From: Alphaproteobacteria bacterium
Lineage (GTDB): Bacteria > Pseudomonadota > Alphaproteobacteria > SP197
Assembly: GCA_040905845.1 (NCBI GenBank)
Contig: JBBDQV010000046.1
Span: 8,958 to 50,665 of the forward strand
Direction: 5' to 3'
DNA: 41,708 nucleotides
Positions 8,784 to 17,699 of the stretch are shown here, one piece after another. The notes beneath the pieces are model-generated. The model searched no databases, had not been told where the DNA came from, and saw only the letters and a program-made list of their open reading frames with translations. The position numbers were made by a program, and so were the translations under genes. The stretch's first letter is position 1. Each line of letters starts with the position of its first letter.

Positions 8784-10523
8784 ATGGAGCAGAAGAACCT
8801 CATCCTCGCGGTCGCCGTCTCGATCGCGATTCTGCTCGCCTACCAATTCCTGTTCGAGCTGCCGCGGATGCGGGAGCAGGCGGAGGTCGCCCAGCAGCAG
8901 GCCGAGCTTCAGGCGCAAACGGGCGAGGTCGGCACGGCCGCGCCGGCTCAAGGCGGCGAGGCGCCCGCCGCGCCGGGCGCCGAAGCCGTGCAGGAGGTGC
9001 GGGAAGCGAGCCGCGCGGAGGTGCTGGCGCGCTCGTCGCGCGTCGTGATCCGCGCGCCCGAGGTCAGGGGGTCCATCGCCTTGATCGGCGCGCGCATCGA
9101 CGACGTGACGCTGCCGGGCTACCGCACCGAGGTGGAGCCGGCCAGCCCGCCGATCGACCTGTTGAGCCCGCCCGGCTCCCCGGCTCCCTATTTCGTCGAA
9201 TTCGGCTGGATCGCCGAGCCCGGCTCCAAGATCGCGCTGCCCGGCGCCGACACGCTCTGGCAGGCGGACCGCGCGACGCTCGACCCCGCCCAGCCGGTGA
9301 CGCTGGTTTGGGACAACGGCCAGGGGCTGCGCTTCGTCCGCCGCATCGCGATCGACGAGCACTTCCTGCTGACCGTGACCCAGCGCGTCGAGAACACGAC
9401 CGGGGCACCGGTGACGCTCTATCCCTACGGGCTCATCGCGCGCCACGGCGAGCCCCCGACGCTCGGGTTCTGGATCCTGCACGAAGGCCTGCTCGGCGTG
9501 TTCAACGGCACGCTCGCGGAGGTCGACTACAGCGAGATCCGCGACGAGGGGACGCGTGAGGCGACGACGACGGGCGGCTGGATCGGCATCACCGACAAGT
9601 ACTGGCTCGCCGCGCTGGTGCCCGACCAGTCCGTGCCGTTCACCGGACGTTACAGCCATGTCGCCAAGGACGGTCAGGATCGCTTCCAGGTCGACTTCCG
9701 ACGCGAGGCGGTGACGGTGCCCACGGGCGGGGCGAGCGAAGTGACCGATCGCCTGTTCGCCGGCGCCAAGGTCGTCAAGGTCATCGACGGCTACCGCGAC
9801 GCCTTCGGCATCGTGCGCTTCGACCTGGCGGTGGACTGGGGCTGGTTCCCGTTCCTGACCAAGCCGCTGTTCATGCTGCTCGAGTTCTTCTTCCGCCTGG
9901 TCGGCAACTTCGGCATCGCGATCATGCTGCTGACGGTGGTGGTGCGGACGCTGTTCTTCCCGCTCGCCAACAAGTCGTACCAGGCGATGAGCAAGCTCAA
10001 GAAGCTGCAGCCCGAGATGATGAAGCTGCGCGAGCGCTACCCGGACGACAAGGCGAAGCTGCAGCAGGAGATGATGGCGCTCTACAAGCGCGAGAAGGCG
10101 AACCCGGCGGCGGGCTGCCTGCCGATCCTGGTCCAGATCCCCGTGTTCTTCGCGCTCTACAAGACCATCTTCGTCACGATCGAGATGCGTCACGCGCCCT
10201 TCTACGGCTGGATCAGGGACCTCTCGGCGCCCGACCCGACGACGCTCTTCAACCTGTTCGGAGTCATCCCCTGGGATCCGCCGCGGTTCCTGATGATCGG
10301 CATCTGGCCGCTCGCCATGGGCGTGACCATGTGGCTGCAGCAGAAGATCAACCCGCAGCCGCCGGACCCGACCCAGGCCAAGATCATGATGATGCTGCCG
10401 ATCGTCTTCACGTTCATGCTGGCGGCATTCCCGGCCGGCCTCGTGATCTACTGGACGTGGAGCAACCTGCTTTCGATCGCGCAGCAATGGATCATCATGA
10501 GGCGCATGGGCGTGAAAGCCTGA
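8784..10523 (+). CDS. yidC: Membrane protein insertase YidC
   Basis: N-terminal TM, periplasmic domain, VDWGWF, GCLPILVQIPVFFALY, WIRDLSAPDP, GLVIYWTWSN. Confidence 0.97.
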   Translation: MEQKNLILAVAVSIAILLAYQFLFELPRMREQAEVAQQQAELQAQTGEVGTAAPAQGGEAPAAPGAEAVQEVREASRAEVLARSSRVVIRAPEVRGSIALIGARIDDVTLPGYRTEVEPASPPIDLLSPPGSPAPYFVEFGWIAEPGSKIALPGADTLWQADRATLDPAQPVTLVWDNGQGLRFVRRIAIDEHFLLTVTQRVENTTGAPVTLYPYGLIARHGEPPTLGFWILHEGLLGVFNGTLAEVDYSEIRDEGTREATTTGGWIGITDKYWLAALVPDQSVPFTGRYSHVAKDGQDRFQVDFRREAVTVPTGGASEVTDRLFAGAKVVKVIDGYRDAFGIVRFDLAVDWGWFPFLTKPLFMLLEFFFRLVGNFGIAIMLLTVVVRTLFFPLANKSYQAMSKLKKLQPEMMKLRERYPDDKAKLQQEMMALYKREKANPAAGCLPILVQIPVFFALYKTIFVTIEMRHAPFYGWIRDLSAPDPTTLFNLFGVIPWDPPRFLMIGIWPLAMGVTMWLQQKINPQPPDPTQAKIMMMLPIVFTFMLAAFPAGLVIYWTWSNLLSIAQQWIIMRRMGVKA

Positions 10524-11167
10524 CGCCCCCCGACGCCGAGGCGCTCGCGGCCGCCGAGCGGCTGTTCGCCCGACCCTGCCGATTCACGATCTCGGCCGCC
10601 AAGGAGTCGGACCTGCCGACGCCGACCCTGCCCGAGATCGCGTTCACCGGGCGATCGAACGTCGGCAAGTCGAGCCTGCTCAACGCGCTGGTCGGGCGGC
10701 GCGACCTCGCGCGCACGTCCCAGACCCCGGGCCGCACGCGTATGCTCAACCTGTTCGATCTCGACGGCCGGCTCGTGCTCGTCGATCTGCCGGGCTACGG
10801 CCACGCGAGCGCGCCGCGAGCCGAGATCAAGGCGTGGACCGGCCTCGCCGAGCGCTACTTGCGCGGCCGGCCGACGCTCAGGCGTGTTCTCGTGCTGATC
10901 GACGCCAGGCGCGGCGCGATGGCGGGCGACCGGGCGGTCATGGCGGCGCTGGACGCCGCGGCGGTGGTCTACCAGGCCATCCTGACCAAGGCCGACGCGG
11001 TCAAGCCGGGGGCGCTCGCCCAGCGTCTCGCGGCGCTCGAGGCCGAGCTCGCGCGGCGGCCCGCGGCCTACCCGGTGGTGATCGCGACCAGCGCGCGGAC
11101 CGGCGCCGGCATCGCCGCGCTGCGCGTTTCGCTCGCCCGATTGGCGGGGGAGCCCGACCTCGCGTAG
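10487..11167 (+). CDS. engB: Ribosome biogenesis GTPase YihA/YsxC/EngB
   Basis: G1 GRSNVGKSS, G2 TPGRT, G3 DLPGYG, G4 TKAD, G5 TSA. Start is either ATG 10487 inside yidC or CTG 10520. Confidence 0.93.
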   Translation: MDHHEAHGRESLTPPDAEALAAAERLFARPCRFTISAAKESDLPTPTLPEIAFTGRSNVGKSSLLNALVGRRDLARTSQTPGRTRMLNLFDLDGRLVLVDLPGYGHASAPRAEIKAWTGLAERYLRGRPTLRRVLVLIDARRGAMAGDRAVMAALDAAAVVYQAILTKADAVKPGALAQRLAALEAELARRPAAYPVVIATSARTGAGIAALRVSLARLAGEPDLA

Positions 11168-11179
11168 AGTGCGGCCGCC

Positions 11180-12088
11180 ATGAAGGTCAAGGACATCGGC
11201 CAGACCAAGCACTGGCTCAGGACCGCGGCGACGCTGACCGAGGCGTTGCCCTACATGCAGCGCTTCGCCGGGCAGACGTTCGTCATCAAGTACGGCGGCC
11301 ACGCCATGGGCGAGGCCAAGCTCGCCGAGAGCTTCGCCCGCGACGTGGTGCTCATCAAGCAGGTCGGCATCAATCCGATCGTCGTCCATGGCGGCGGCCC
11401 GCAGATCGGCCAGATGCTCGACCGCCTCGGCATACGCTCGACCTTCGTCGACGGCCTCAGGGTGACCGACGCCGACGCGGTCGAGATCGTCGAGATGGTG
11501 CTGTCGGGGTCGATCAACAAGCAGATCGTGACGGCGATCCACGAGGCCGGCGGCAAGGCCGTCGGGCTCAGCGGCAAGGACGGCCGGCTGATCGAGGCGC
11601 GCAAGCTCCGGCGCACCATGCGCGACCCGGACTCCAACATCGAGAAGATCCTCGACCTCGGCTTCGTCGGCGAGCCGGCGCGGGTTCATCCCGACGTGCT
11701 GCGCGTCTTCGCGGGCTCGGACATCATCCCCGTCATCGCGCCGATCGGCGTGGGCGCGGCCGGGGAGACCTACAACATCAACGCCGACACGGCCGCCGGC
11801 GCGGTCGCTCGCGCGGTCGGCGCGCGCAAGCTCATCATGCTGACCGACGTGGCCGGCGTGCTCGACGGCGACGGCGAGCTCGTGTCGAGGATGACCGCCT
11901 CCGACGGTCGCGCCATGATCGGCGGCAACGCCGTGACGGGGGGCATGATCCCCAAGCTCGAAACCTGCCTCGAGGCGGTCGAGGGGGGCATCCCCGAGTC
12001 CCACATCATCGACGGTCGGGTGCCGCACGTCCTGCTGCTCGAGATCTTCACCGAGCACGGCACCGGCACGATGATCGTGCGCGGCTGA
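11180..12088 (+). CDS. argB: Acetylglutamate kinase
   Basis: [46 protein letters not shown]. Confidence 0.96.
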   Translation: MKVKDIGQTKHWLRTAATLTEALPYMQRFAGQTFVIKYGGHAMGEAKLAESFARDVVLIKQVGINPIVVHGGGPQIGQMLDRLGIRSTFVDGLRVTDADAVEIVEMVLSGSINKQIVTAIHEAGGKAVGLSGKDGRLIEARKLRRTMRDPDSNIEKILDLGFVGEPARVHPDVLRVFAGSDIIPVIAPIGVGAAGETYNINADTAAGAVARAVGARKLIMLTDVAGVLDGDGELVSRMTASDGRAMIGGNAVTGGMIPKLETCLEAVEGGIPESHIIDGRVPHVLLLEIFTEHGTGTMIVRG

Positions 12089-12092
12089 CGCC

Positions 12093-13313
12093 CTATCCGA
12101 TTCGCGACAGGTACCAGCGGACGAAGCCCTGGGTTCCGGCTTCGCGCATCGAGTAGGGGCCCGGCCCGTAGCGGCGCGAGTTCACGCCGAGTTGGTTGTC
12201 GCCGATGATCTTGGTGTCCTCGATCGTCGTCACGTCCCACATCCAGGTGATGCGGTCGACGTCGTAGTCGCGGCCCTCGATCGCGTCCGCGCGCACGAGC
12301 CAGATCAGCACCACCTCGGTGTGCGTCGGCGTGACCGGGGTGAAGCGGAACAGCGTCGCGTGGTCGTTGGCGAGATAGACGTAGAACAGGGGCCCGAACA
12401 TGACGAGCGTCTCGCCGCCGTCGTACTCGTCGAGCTCGCCCATGAGCGGCGCCACGGGCTTGCCGTCCTGGGACAGGGTGAGCCAGCCCTCGCGGATCGG
12501 CTGGCGGAAGACCCCGTGCGGCTGGCGCCGGTCGGTCGTCTCGGAATCGAGCCGCTCGACCGGGCGGCCCTTGGCGGCCCAAACCTTCGCCCAGGCGTCG
12601 GTCACCTTCTGGTACGAGCCGGGCTCGTCGTCGCCCGCCTTCACGTACGCGTTGACCGTGGTGTATTCGGGGTGCGCCGGCGCGCAGTGGTAGCACTCAC
12701 GGAAGTTCTCGACCGCGAGCTTCCAGTTGCCGTCGGTCGGGTAGACCTTGCGCGCGACGATCTTCGCTTCGTCGAGACGGTAGAGACGGAGGTAGCGGCC
12801 GAGGCTCTCGGCCAGGGGCTCGAACGGCATGACGTCGGGATCGCCGGCCCGGCCGAGGTTGATGAAGATCATGCCTTCCCACGCGCGCACCTGGCACGGG
12901 TGCAGCGGCCAGGCCTTCGGGTCGAACCCCTCGGGCATGTTCTTGGCGCGGATCAGTTTGCCTTCCAGGTCGTAGACCCAACCGTGGTAGGGGCAGGTCA
13001 GGGTGCGTACCTTGCCGGTGGGCTCCAGGCACACGCGGCTGCCGCGGTGCCGGCAGACGTTGAAGAAGGCGCGCACGCTTCGGTCGCGCCCGCGCACGAG
13101 CACGATCGACTCGCCGGCGATCTCGTAGAGCAGGGTGTCGCCCGGTTCGCCGAGGCGCGAGGCGTGATCGACGAACAGCCACTGCTTCGTGGCGATACGC
13201 TCGAGGTCGCGCTCGAACACGGCGCGCTCGAGGTAGAACGGTTGCTCGAGCGAATGACCGGGCTTCTGGCGCGCGGCCAGGGCCTCGATCGTCGTCCCGT
13301 TTAGACCGCTCAT
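12093..13313 (-). CDS. Rieske non-heme iron oxygenase alpha subunit (GbcA/Stc2-like quaternary-amine oxygenase group)
   Basis: Rieske motif NVCRHRG...CPYHGWVY; mononuclear Fe motif NWKLAVENFRECYHCAPAHPE; C-terminal ED ligand region. ATG 13313 is preceded by GGAGGA. Confidence 0.9.
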   Translation of the reverse strand: MSGLNGTTIEALAARQKPGHSLEQPFYLERAVFERDLERIATKQWLFVDHASRLGEPGDTLLYEIAGESIVLVRGRDRSVRAFFNVCRHRGSRVCLEPTGKVRTLTCPYHGWVYDLEGKLIRAKNMPEGFDPKAWPLHPCQVRAWEGMIFINLGRAGDPDVMPFEPLAESLGRYLRLYRLDEAKIVARKVYPTDGNWKLAVENFRECYHCAPAHPEYTTVNAYVKAGDDEPGSYQKVTDAWAKVWAAKGRPVERLDSETTDRRQPHGVFRQPIREGWLTLSQDGKPVAPLMGELDEYDGGETLVMFGPLFYVYLANDHATLFRFTPVTPTHTEVVLIWLVRADAIEGRDYDVDRITWMWDVTTIEDTKIIGDNQLGVNSRRYGPGPYSMREAGTQGFVRWYLSRIG

Positions 13314-13329
13314 GAGTTCCTCCATCAGG

Positions 13330-13467
13330 CTAGAGCAGCATCCGATCGAGTGGAATCGCCTCCGGCGATCCGCCGATCGGATAAAGCTGCTCTAGACGTT
13401 GAATCTAGAGCAATTTCATCCGATCGGATTGAACTACGTGGTTCAATCCGGTCGGATATTGCTCTAG
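13330..13467 (+). repeat. CTAG-bounded double-hairpin intergenic repeat, copy 2
   Basis: Arm 1 CTAGAGCAGC...GCTGCTCTAG (13330-13395), short linker, arm 2 CTAGAGCAAT...ATTGCTCTAG (13405-13467). The last CTA is the stop of the flavoprotein gene. Confidence 0.92.
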
Positions 13468-15518
13468 GCGCGGGCCGCGATGACCACGCGATCGCGCATG
13501 GCCTCGACGTCGTTGGCGCCGAGCTCGCGGGCGTAGCGGTGGCCGGCGAAGGTCGCCGCCGCGATCAGCCCCGGCGCCGCGCAATCGCCGATCCGGCGCA
13601 GGGTCCCGATGCCCGCCGATCGCAGTCGATTCTCGTCGCCGGCGAGGTCGCGATAGAGCGCTTCGTTGGGCTCGCGCGAGGTGACCGGGACCAGGGTCGC
13701 GCAGGCGCGCGTGACCTCGCGGCCACCATAGACGTTGGCGAGGCGCGAGCCTTCGGCGCCGAACGCGACGACCTTATGCGAGACGAGGATCTCGACCCCG
13801 AGCTCGAGCAACCGCGCCTGGATGCGGCCCTGGTCGAGCGTGCGCAGGGCTTCGGGCGAGACCTCGCCCGAGGTCGTCACGAGAAGGACGTCGTGGCCGG
13901 CCGCGCGCAGCTTCTCGGCGATGACGCCGCCCATGTAGAAGTGGTCGTCGTCGTAGACCACGACCGGGCCTTCGACCGTCGCGCCGTCCATGACCTCGTC
14001 GACCGTGACCACGCCGGCGCGCTTCCAGCCGTCCAGGGGCGTGTAGCTCGACCGGCCGGTGCCGTCGCGCCGCCACGTCGCGCCGGTCGCGATGCACACA
14101 TGCTCGAAGCCGAAGTCGAGGATCTGGCGCGCGTCGAGCCGGCTGTCCTTGAACACCTCGACGTTGGGCATCTTGTTGATTTGCTGCACCCGATAGTCGC
14201 GCACCCGCGCCCATTCGGCGAGCCCGGGCAGCCGGCTCTCGCGCGTCACCCGGCCGCCGAGCTCGATGCCCGCCTCGGCGAGCGAAACGCGATAGCCGCG
14301 CGCGCCGAGCGCACGCGCGGCTTCCAGACCGGCCGGGCCGGCGCCGACGATCAGCGCCCGCTCGTCCGCGTGGCGCCGGGCGATGCGCTCCGGGTGCCAG
14401 TCGCGCCGCCATTCCTCGCCGCGCGTCGGGTTCTGGGTGCACGCCAGCGGCACCGCATGCCCGTTCGACCAGATGCAAATGTTGCAGCCGATGCATTCGC
14501 GGATGTCGTCGATCCGGCCTTCCTCGATCTTCCTCGGCAGGAACGGATCGGCGATGGAGGGGCGCGCGGCGCCGATCATGTCGAGGATGCCGCGCCGGAT
14601 CTGGCCGACCATGGTGTCCGGGCTGGTGAAGCGTCCGACGCCGACCACCGGCTTGGTCGTCACGGTCTTGACGAAGGCGACGTATTTCTCCTGCGCCGCC
14701 TCGGGCGCGAACCGCGAGGTGCGCGCGTCGGCCATGAAGTTGGCGATGTTAACGTCCCAGATGTCGGGCAGCTCGGCGACGTACTCGACCAGCGCGCGCC
14801 CGTCGCCGTCGCACGTGATGCCGAACGCCTGATCCAGGTTGTCGACCGCGAAGCGGAACGCGACCCCGCAGGTGGCGCCGACCGCTTCCTTGGTTTCCTC
14901 CAGGAGCTCGCGGATCAGACGGGCGCGGTTCTCGAAGCTGCCGCCGTACTCGTCGGTGCGCGTGTTCTGCACGGGCGACAGGAACTGCGCCGGCAGGTAA
15001 CCGTGGGCGGCATAGACGTAGACGATGTCGAAGCCGGCCCGCTTGGCCCTGAGCGCCGCGTCGCGGTGCCAGCGCCTGAGGTTGCGGATGTCGGTCTTGT
15101 CCATGGTCATGGTCTGCACCGGAGACTGCCAGACCGGCATGCTGCCCGGCGCGAGCGAGGGCTCGCGGGTCAGCGCGTTGCCCGTGGAGAACCCGCCGTA
15201 CCACAGCTCGACGCCGGCCAGCGCGTCGTGGCGATGGACGCGCTCGACCATGTCGCCGAGGGTGCGCACGTCGTCCTCGTCCCACAGCGTGCACTGGGGG
15301 TAGGGGTCATCGTTGGCCGAGGGGTGGATCGAGCAGTACTCGGTGCAGACAACGGCCCAGCCGCCCTCGGCGTTGGTCTCGCGCATGCGGTGCAGGGTCT
15401 GGGGCCGCGTGTAGCCCATGCCGCTGCAATGGGGCACCTGGTAGAAGCGGTTCCGCGCGGTGACCGGCCCGATTCTCACCGGCTCGAACAGCACGTCGTA
15501 GCGCGGGTCGCGTGCCAT
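13464..15518 (-). CDS. Trimethylamine/histamine dehydrogenase-type iron-sulfur flavoprotein (OYE barrel + 4Fe-4S + ADP-binding domain)
   Basis: The N-terminus MARDPRYDVLFEPVRIGPVTARNRFYQVPHC retains the Cys that binds FMN covalently in TMADH. Also YAAHGYL (Tyr/His), NTRTDEYGGSFENRAR, CIGCNIC-x12-C cluster motif and GAGPAG. Confidence 0.88.
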   Translation of the reverse strand: MARDPRYDVLFEPVRIGPVTARNRFYQVPHCSGMGYTRPQTLHRMRETNAEGGWAVVCTEYCSIHPSANDDPYPQCTLWDEDDVRTLGDMVERVHRHDALAGVELWYGGFSTGNALTREPSLAPGSMPVWQSPVQTMTMDKTDIRNLRRWHRDAALRAKRAGFDIVYVYAAHGYLPAQFLSPVQNTRTDEYGGSFENRARLIRELLEETKEAVGATCGVAFRFAVDNLDQAFGITCDGDGRALVEYVAELPDIWDVNIANFMADARTSRFAPEAAQEKYVAFVKTVTTKPVVGVGRFTSPDTMVGQIRRGILDMIGAARPSIADPFLPRKIEEGRIDDIRECIGCNICIWSNGHAVPLACTQNPTRGEEWRRDWHPERIARRHADERALIVGAGPAGLEAARALGARGYRVSLAEAGIELGGRVTRESRLPGLAEWARVRDYRVQQINKMPNVEVFKDSRLDARQILDFGFEHVCIATGATWRRDGTGRSSYTPLDGWKRAGVVTVDEVMDGATVEGPVVVYDDDHFYMGGVIAEKLRAAGHDVLLVTTSGEVSPEALRTLDQGRIQARLLELGVEILVSHKVVAFGAEGSRLANVYGGREVTRACATLVPVTSREPNEALYRDLAGDENRLRSAGIGTLRRIGDCAAPGLIAAATFAGHRYARELGANDVEAMRDRVVIAARA

Positions 15519-15653
15519 GGGGACTCCTCGGGCCTGTCCTGCTTGTATGCATTGTGTCTGGTTCGCGGTGGCGCCGCAACGGGGCCTCGGGGACCCGTCC
15601 CCAGGGCGCGGCGTTTACCGCTTGTCAACCGGTGCGGGCGCAAGAAGGCGGCG

Positions 15654-16502
15654 ATGACCGCACCGCTCGTCGTGCCGGCCCAGCCGCGCTCCGGAGCCAG
15701 CCCCGACCCGACCGTTCGCGCGATCCAGGTCGCCGCGGCCCGGTCGGGCGTGGACTTCGGTTTCATGCTGGCCCAGGCCGCCCTGGAAAGCGGGTTCGAC
15801 CCCGAGGCCCAGGCGCCAACCTCGTCGGCGCGCGGGCTCTATCAGTTCACCGACGCGACCTGGCTCGCCATGGTCCGCGACCACGGCGCCGAGGTCGGGC
15901 TTGGCGCCGAGGCGGCCCACATCGGCACGACCGCCGACGGCCGGCCGGTCGTCGACGACGCGGCGGCGCGCCGGCGCATCCTCGCGCTCAGGGACGATCC
16001 ACGCCTTTCCGCCGAGCTCGCGGCGCGCCTCGCCAAGGACAACCGGAGGGCGCTCGAGACGGCTGGGGGCGTCGGCGCGGTCGGCGCGACCGAGCTCTAC
16101 CTCGCCCATTTCCTCGGAGCCGGCCAGGCGACCAAGTTCCTGGCCCGCCTGACGGCCACGCCCGACGCCGATGCCGCCAACCTGTTCCCGGTCGAAGCGA
16201 AGGCGAACCAGGACGTGTTCCACGACGCGTCCGGGCGGTCGCGTTCGCTCGCCGAAGTCTATGACCGGTTCGAGGCGCGTCTGAGCGCGGCCGTCCGCGA
16301 CATCGATGTCGCATCGGGCACGCTGACCGCCATGGTGACGCGGTCCGTCCCAGGACCGTCCGCCATGCCGGCGCGTCCGTCGTGGCAACCCGGGCATCGC
16401 TATGCCGCGCCGCTCGACCCGTTGGTCGTGCTGGTGCTGGCGAGCCTCGATGCCCCGGCCCCCGCCGACATCAAGCGGGCCGAACCGGCCGCTCGGGGCT
16501 GA
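15654..16502 (+). CDS. SLT-domain lytic transglycosylase
   Basis: ALESGFDP (catalytic Glu), SSARGLYQF..TW, LYLAHFLG. This is the real gene at the end of the artefactual 1050-aa ORF; ATG at 15654. Confidence 0.85.
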   Translation: MTAPLVVPAQPRSGASPDPTVRAIQVAAARSGVDFGFMLAQAALESGFDPEAQAPTSSARGLYQFTDATWLAMVRDHGAEVGLGAEAAHIGTTADGRPVVDDAAARRRILALRDDPRLSAELAARLAKDNRRALETAGGVGAVGATELYLAHFLGAGQATKFLARLTATPDADAANLFPVEAKANQDVFHDASGRSRSLAEVYDRFEARLSAAVRDIDVASGTLTAMVTRSVPGPSAMPARPSWQPGHRYAAPLDPLVVLVLASLDAPAPADIKRAEPAARG

Positions 16503-16527
16503 ACGCAAGAGTTTCATCACTTTGCCT

Positions 16528-16556
16528 TTGACGGCAACGGCGCGGCGTCCTAAGGG
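16528..16556 (+). promoter_or_regulatory. Possible sigma70 promoter of the ADH-enolase-dehydrogenase operon
   Basis: TTGACG, 17-nt spacer, TAAGGG; ~55 nt upstream of ATG 16611. Confidence 0.4.
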
Positions 16557-16610
16557 GACGCTGCGCCGCGCTTTTCCCTGCCCGATGGCGCCGGGCGAGG
16601 AGTCTCGGAC

Positions 16611-17690
16611 ATGAAAGCCGCCGTCTGTCACGCGTTCAACACGCCGCTGGTCGTCGAGGACGTGGTTCTCGCCGCGCCCGAGGCGGGCCAGGTCGAGGTC
16701 AAGCTCGCCGCCTGCGCCATCTGCCACAGCGACATCCACTTCATGGAGGGCGCCTGGGGCGGCGCGCTGCCGGCGGTCTACGGCCACGAGGCGTCGGGCG
16801 TCGTCACCCGCATCGGCGCGGGCGTCGGCAACGTGACAGTCGGCGATCACGTCGTCGTCACGTTGATCCGATCGTGCGGCCATTGTCTGCCCTGCGTCCA
16901 GGGCGAGCATGTGCTGTGCGAGACCAAGTTTCCGATCGACAAGAAGGGACCGATCGCCTTCGCGGACGGCCGGCCGATCAAGCAGGCGATGAAGACCGGC
17001 GCGTTCGCCGAGGCGGTCGTCGTCCACGCCTCCCAGGTGGTGGCGATCGCCAAGGACGTGCCACTCGATGCGGCATCCCTGCTCGCCTGCGGCGTCATCA
17101 CCGGGCTCGGCGCGGTCGTCAACACGGCCAGGGTGCCGCCCGGATCGACCGTCGCCGTGATCGGCGTGGGCGGCGTCGGCCTCAACAGCGTTCAGGGTGC
17201 CAAGATCTCGGGCGCGCTCCGCATCATCGGTGTCGACCTCTCCGACTCGAAGCTCGAGGCGGCACGCTCGTTCGGCGCGACCCACGGCGTCAACCCAGCG
17301 CGGGAGGACGCGGTCGAGGCCGTGCGCGCGGCGACCGACGGCCGCGGCGCCGACTACGTCTTCGTCGCGGTCGGCGCTAGAAGCGCGATCGAGCAAGGCT
17401 TCGGCCTGATGCGGCGCGGCGGCACGCTGGTCATCGTCGGCCTGCCGGCCAACGGCGTCTTGGCCTCGTTCGATCCGACCAACTTCGTCGACGGCAGCCA
17501 GCGCGTGCTGGGCAGCAAGATGGGGTCCTCGCGCATCGCCGTCGACGTGCCGCACCTGGTCGAGCTCTACCGGCAGGGCCGGCTCAAGCTCGACGAGCTG
17601 ATCACGGCCCGCTATCCGATCGCGCGCATCAACGAGGCGATCGAGTCGGTCAAGCGTGGCGAGGCGCTGCGTAACGTCATCGTCTTCTAG
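16611..17690 (+). CDS. Zn-dependent alcohol dehydrogenase (MDR, class III-like)
   Basis: CHSD, GHEASG, structural Zn motif CGHCLPC-x7-C, ACGVITG, GVGGVG; SD GAGGAG. Confidence 0.92.
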   Translation: MKAAVCHAFNTPLVVEDVVLAAPEAGQVEVKLAACAICHSDIHFMEGAWGGALPAVYGHEASGVVTRIGAGVGNVTVGDHVVVTLIRSCGHCLPCVQGEHVLCETKFPIDKKGPIAFADGRPIKQAMKTGAFAEAVVVHASQVVAIAKDVPLDAASLLACGVITGLGAVVNTARVPPGSTVAVIGVGGVGLNSVQGAKISGALRIIGVDLSDSKLEAARSFGATHGVNPAREDAVEAVRAATDGRGADYVFVAVGARSAIEQGFGLMRRGGTLVIVGLPANGVLASFDPTNFVDGSQRVLGSKMGSSRIAVDVPHLVELYRQGRLKLDELITARYPIARINEAIESVKRGEALRNVIVF

Positions 17691-17699
17691 GCGGGTGCC

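Noticed and set aside
13350-16502. 1050-aa ORF suggesting a giant transglycosylase fusion
   Set aside because: The first ~770 codons are repeat copy 2, the antisense of the flavoprotein gene and intergenic DNA; only 15654-16502 has SLT motifs.
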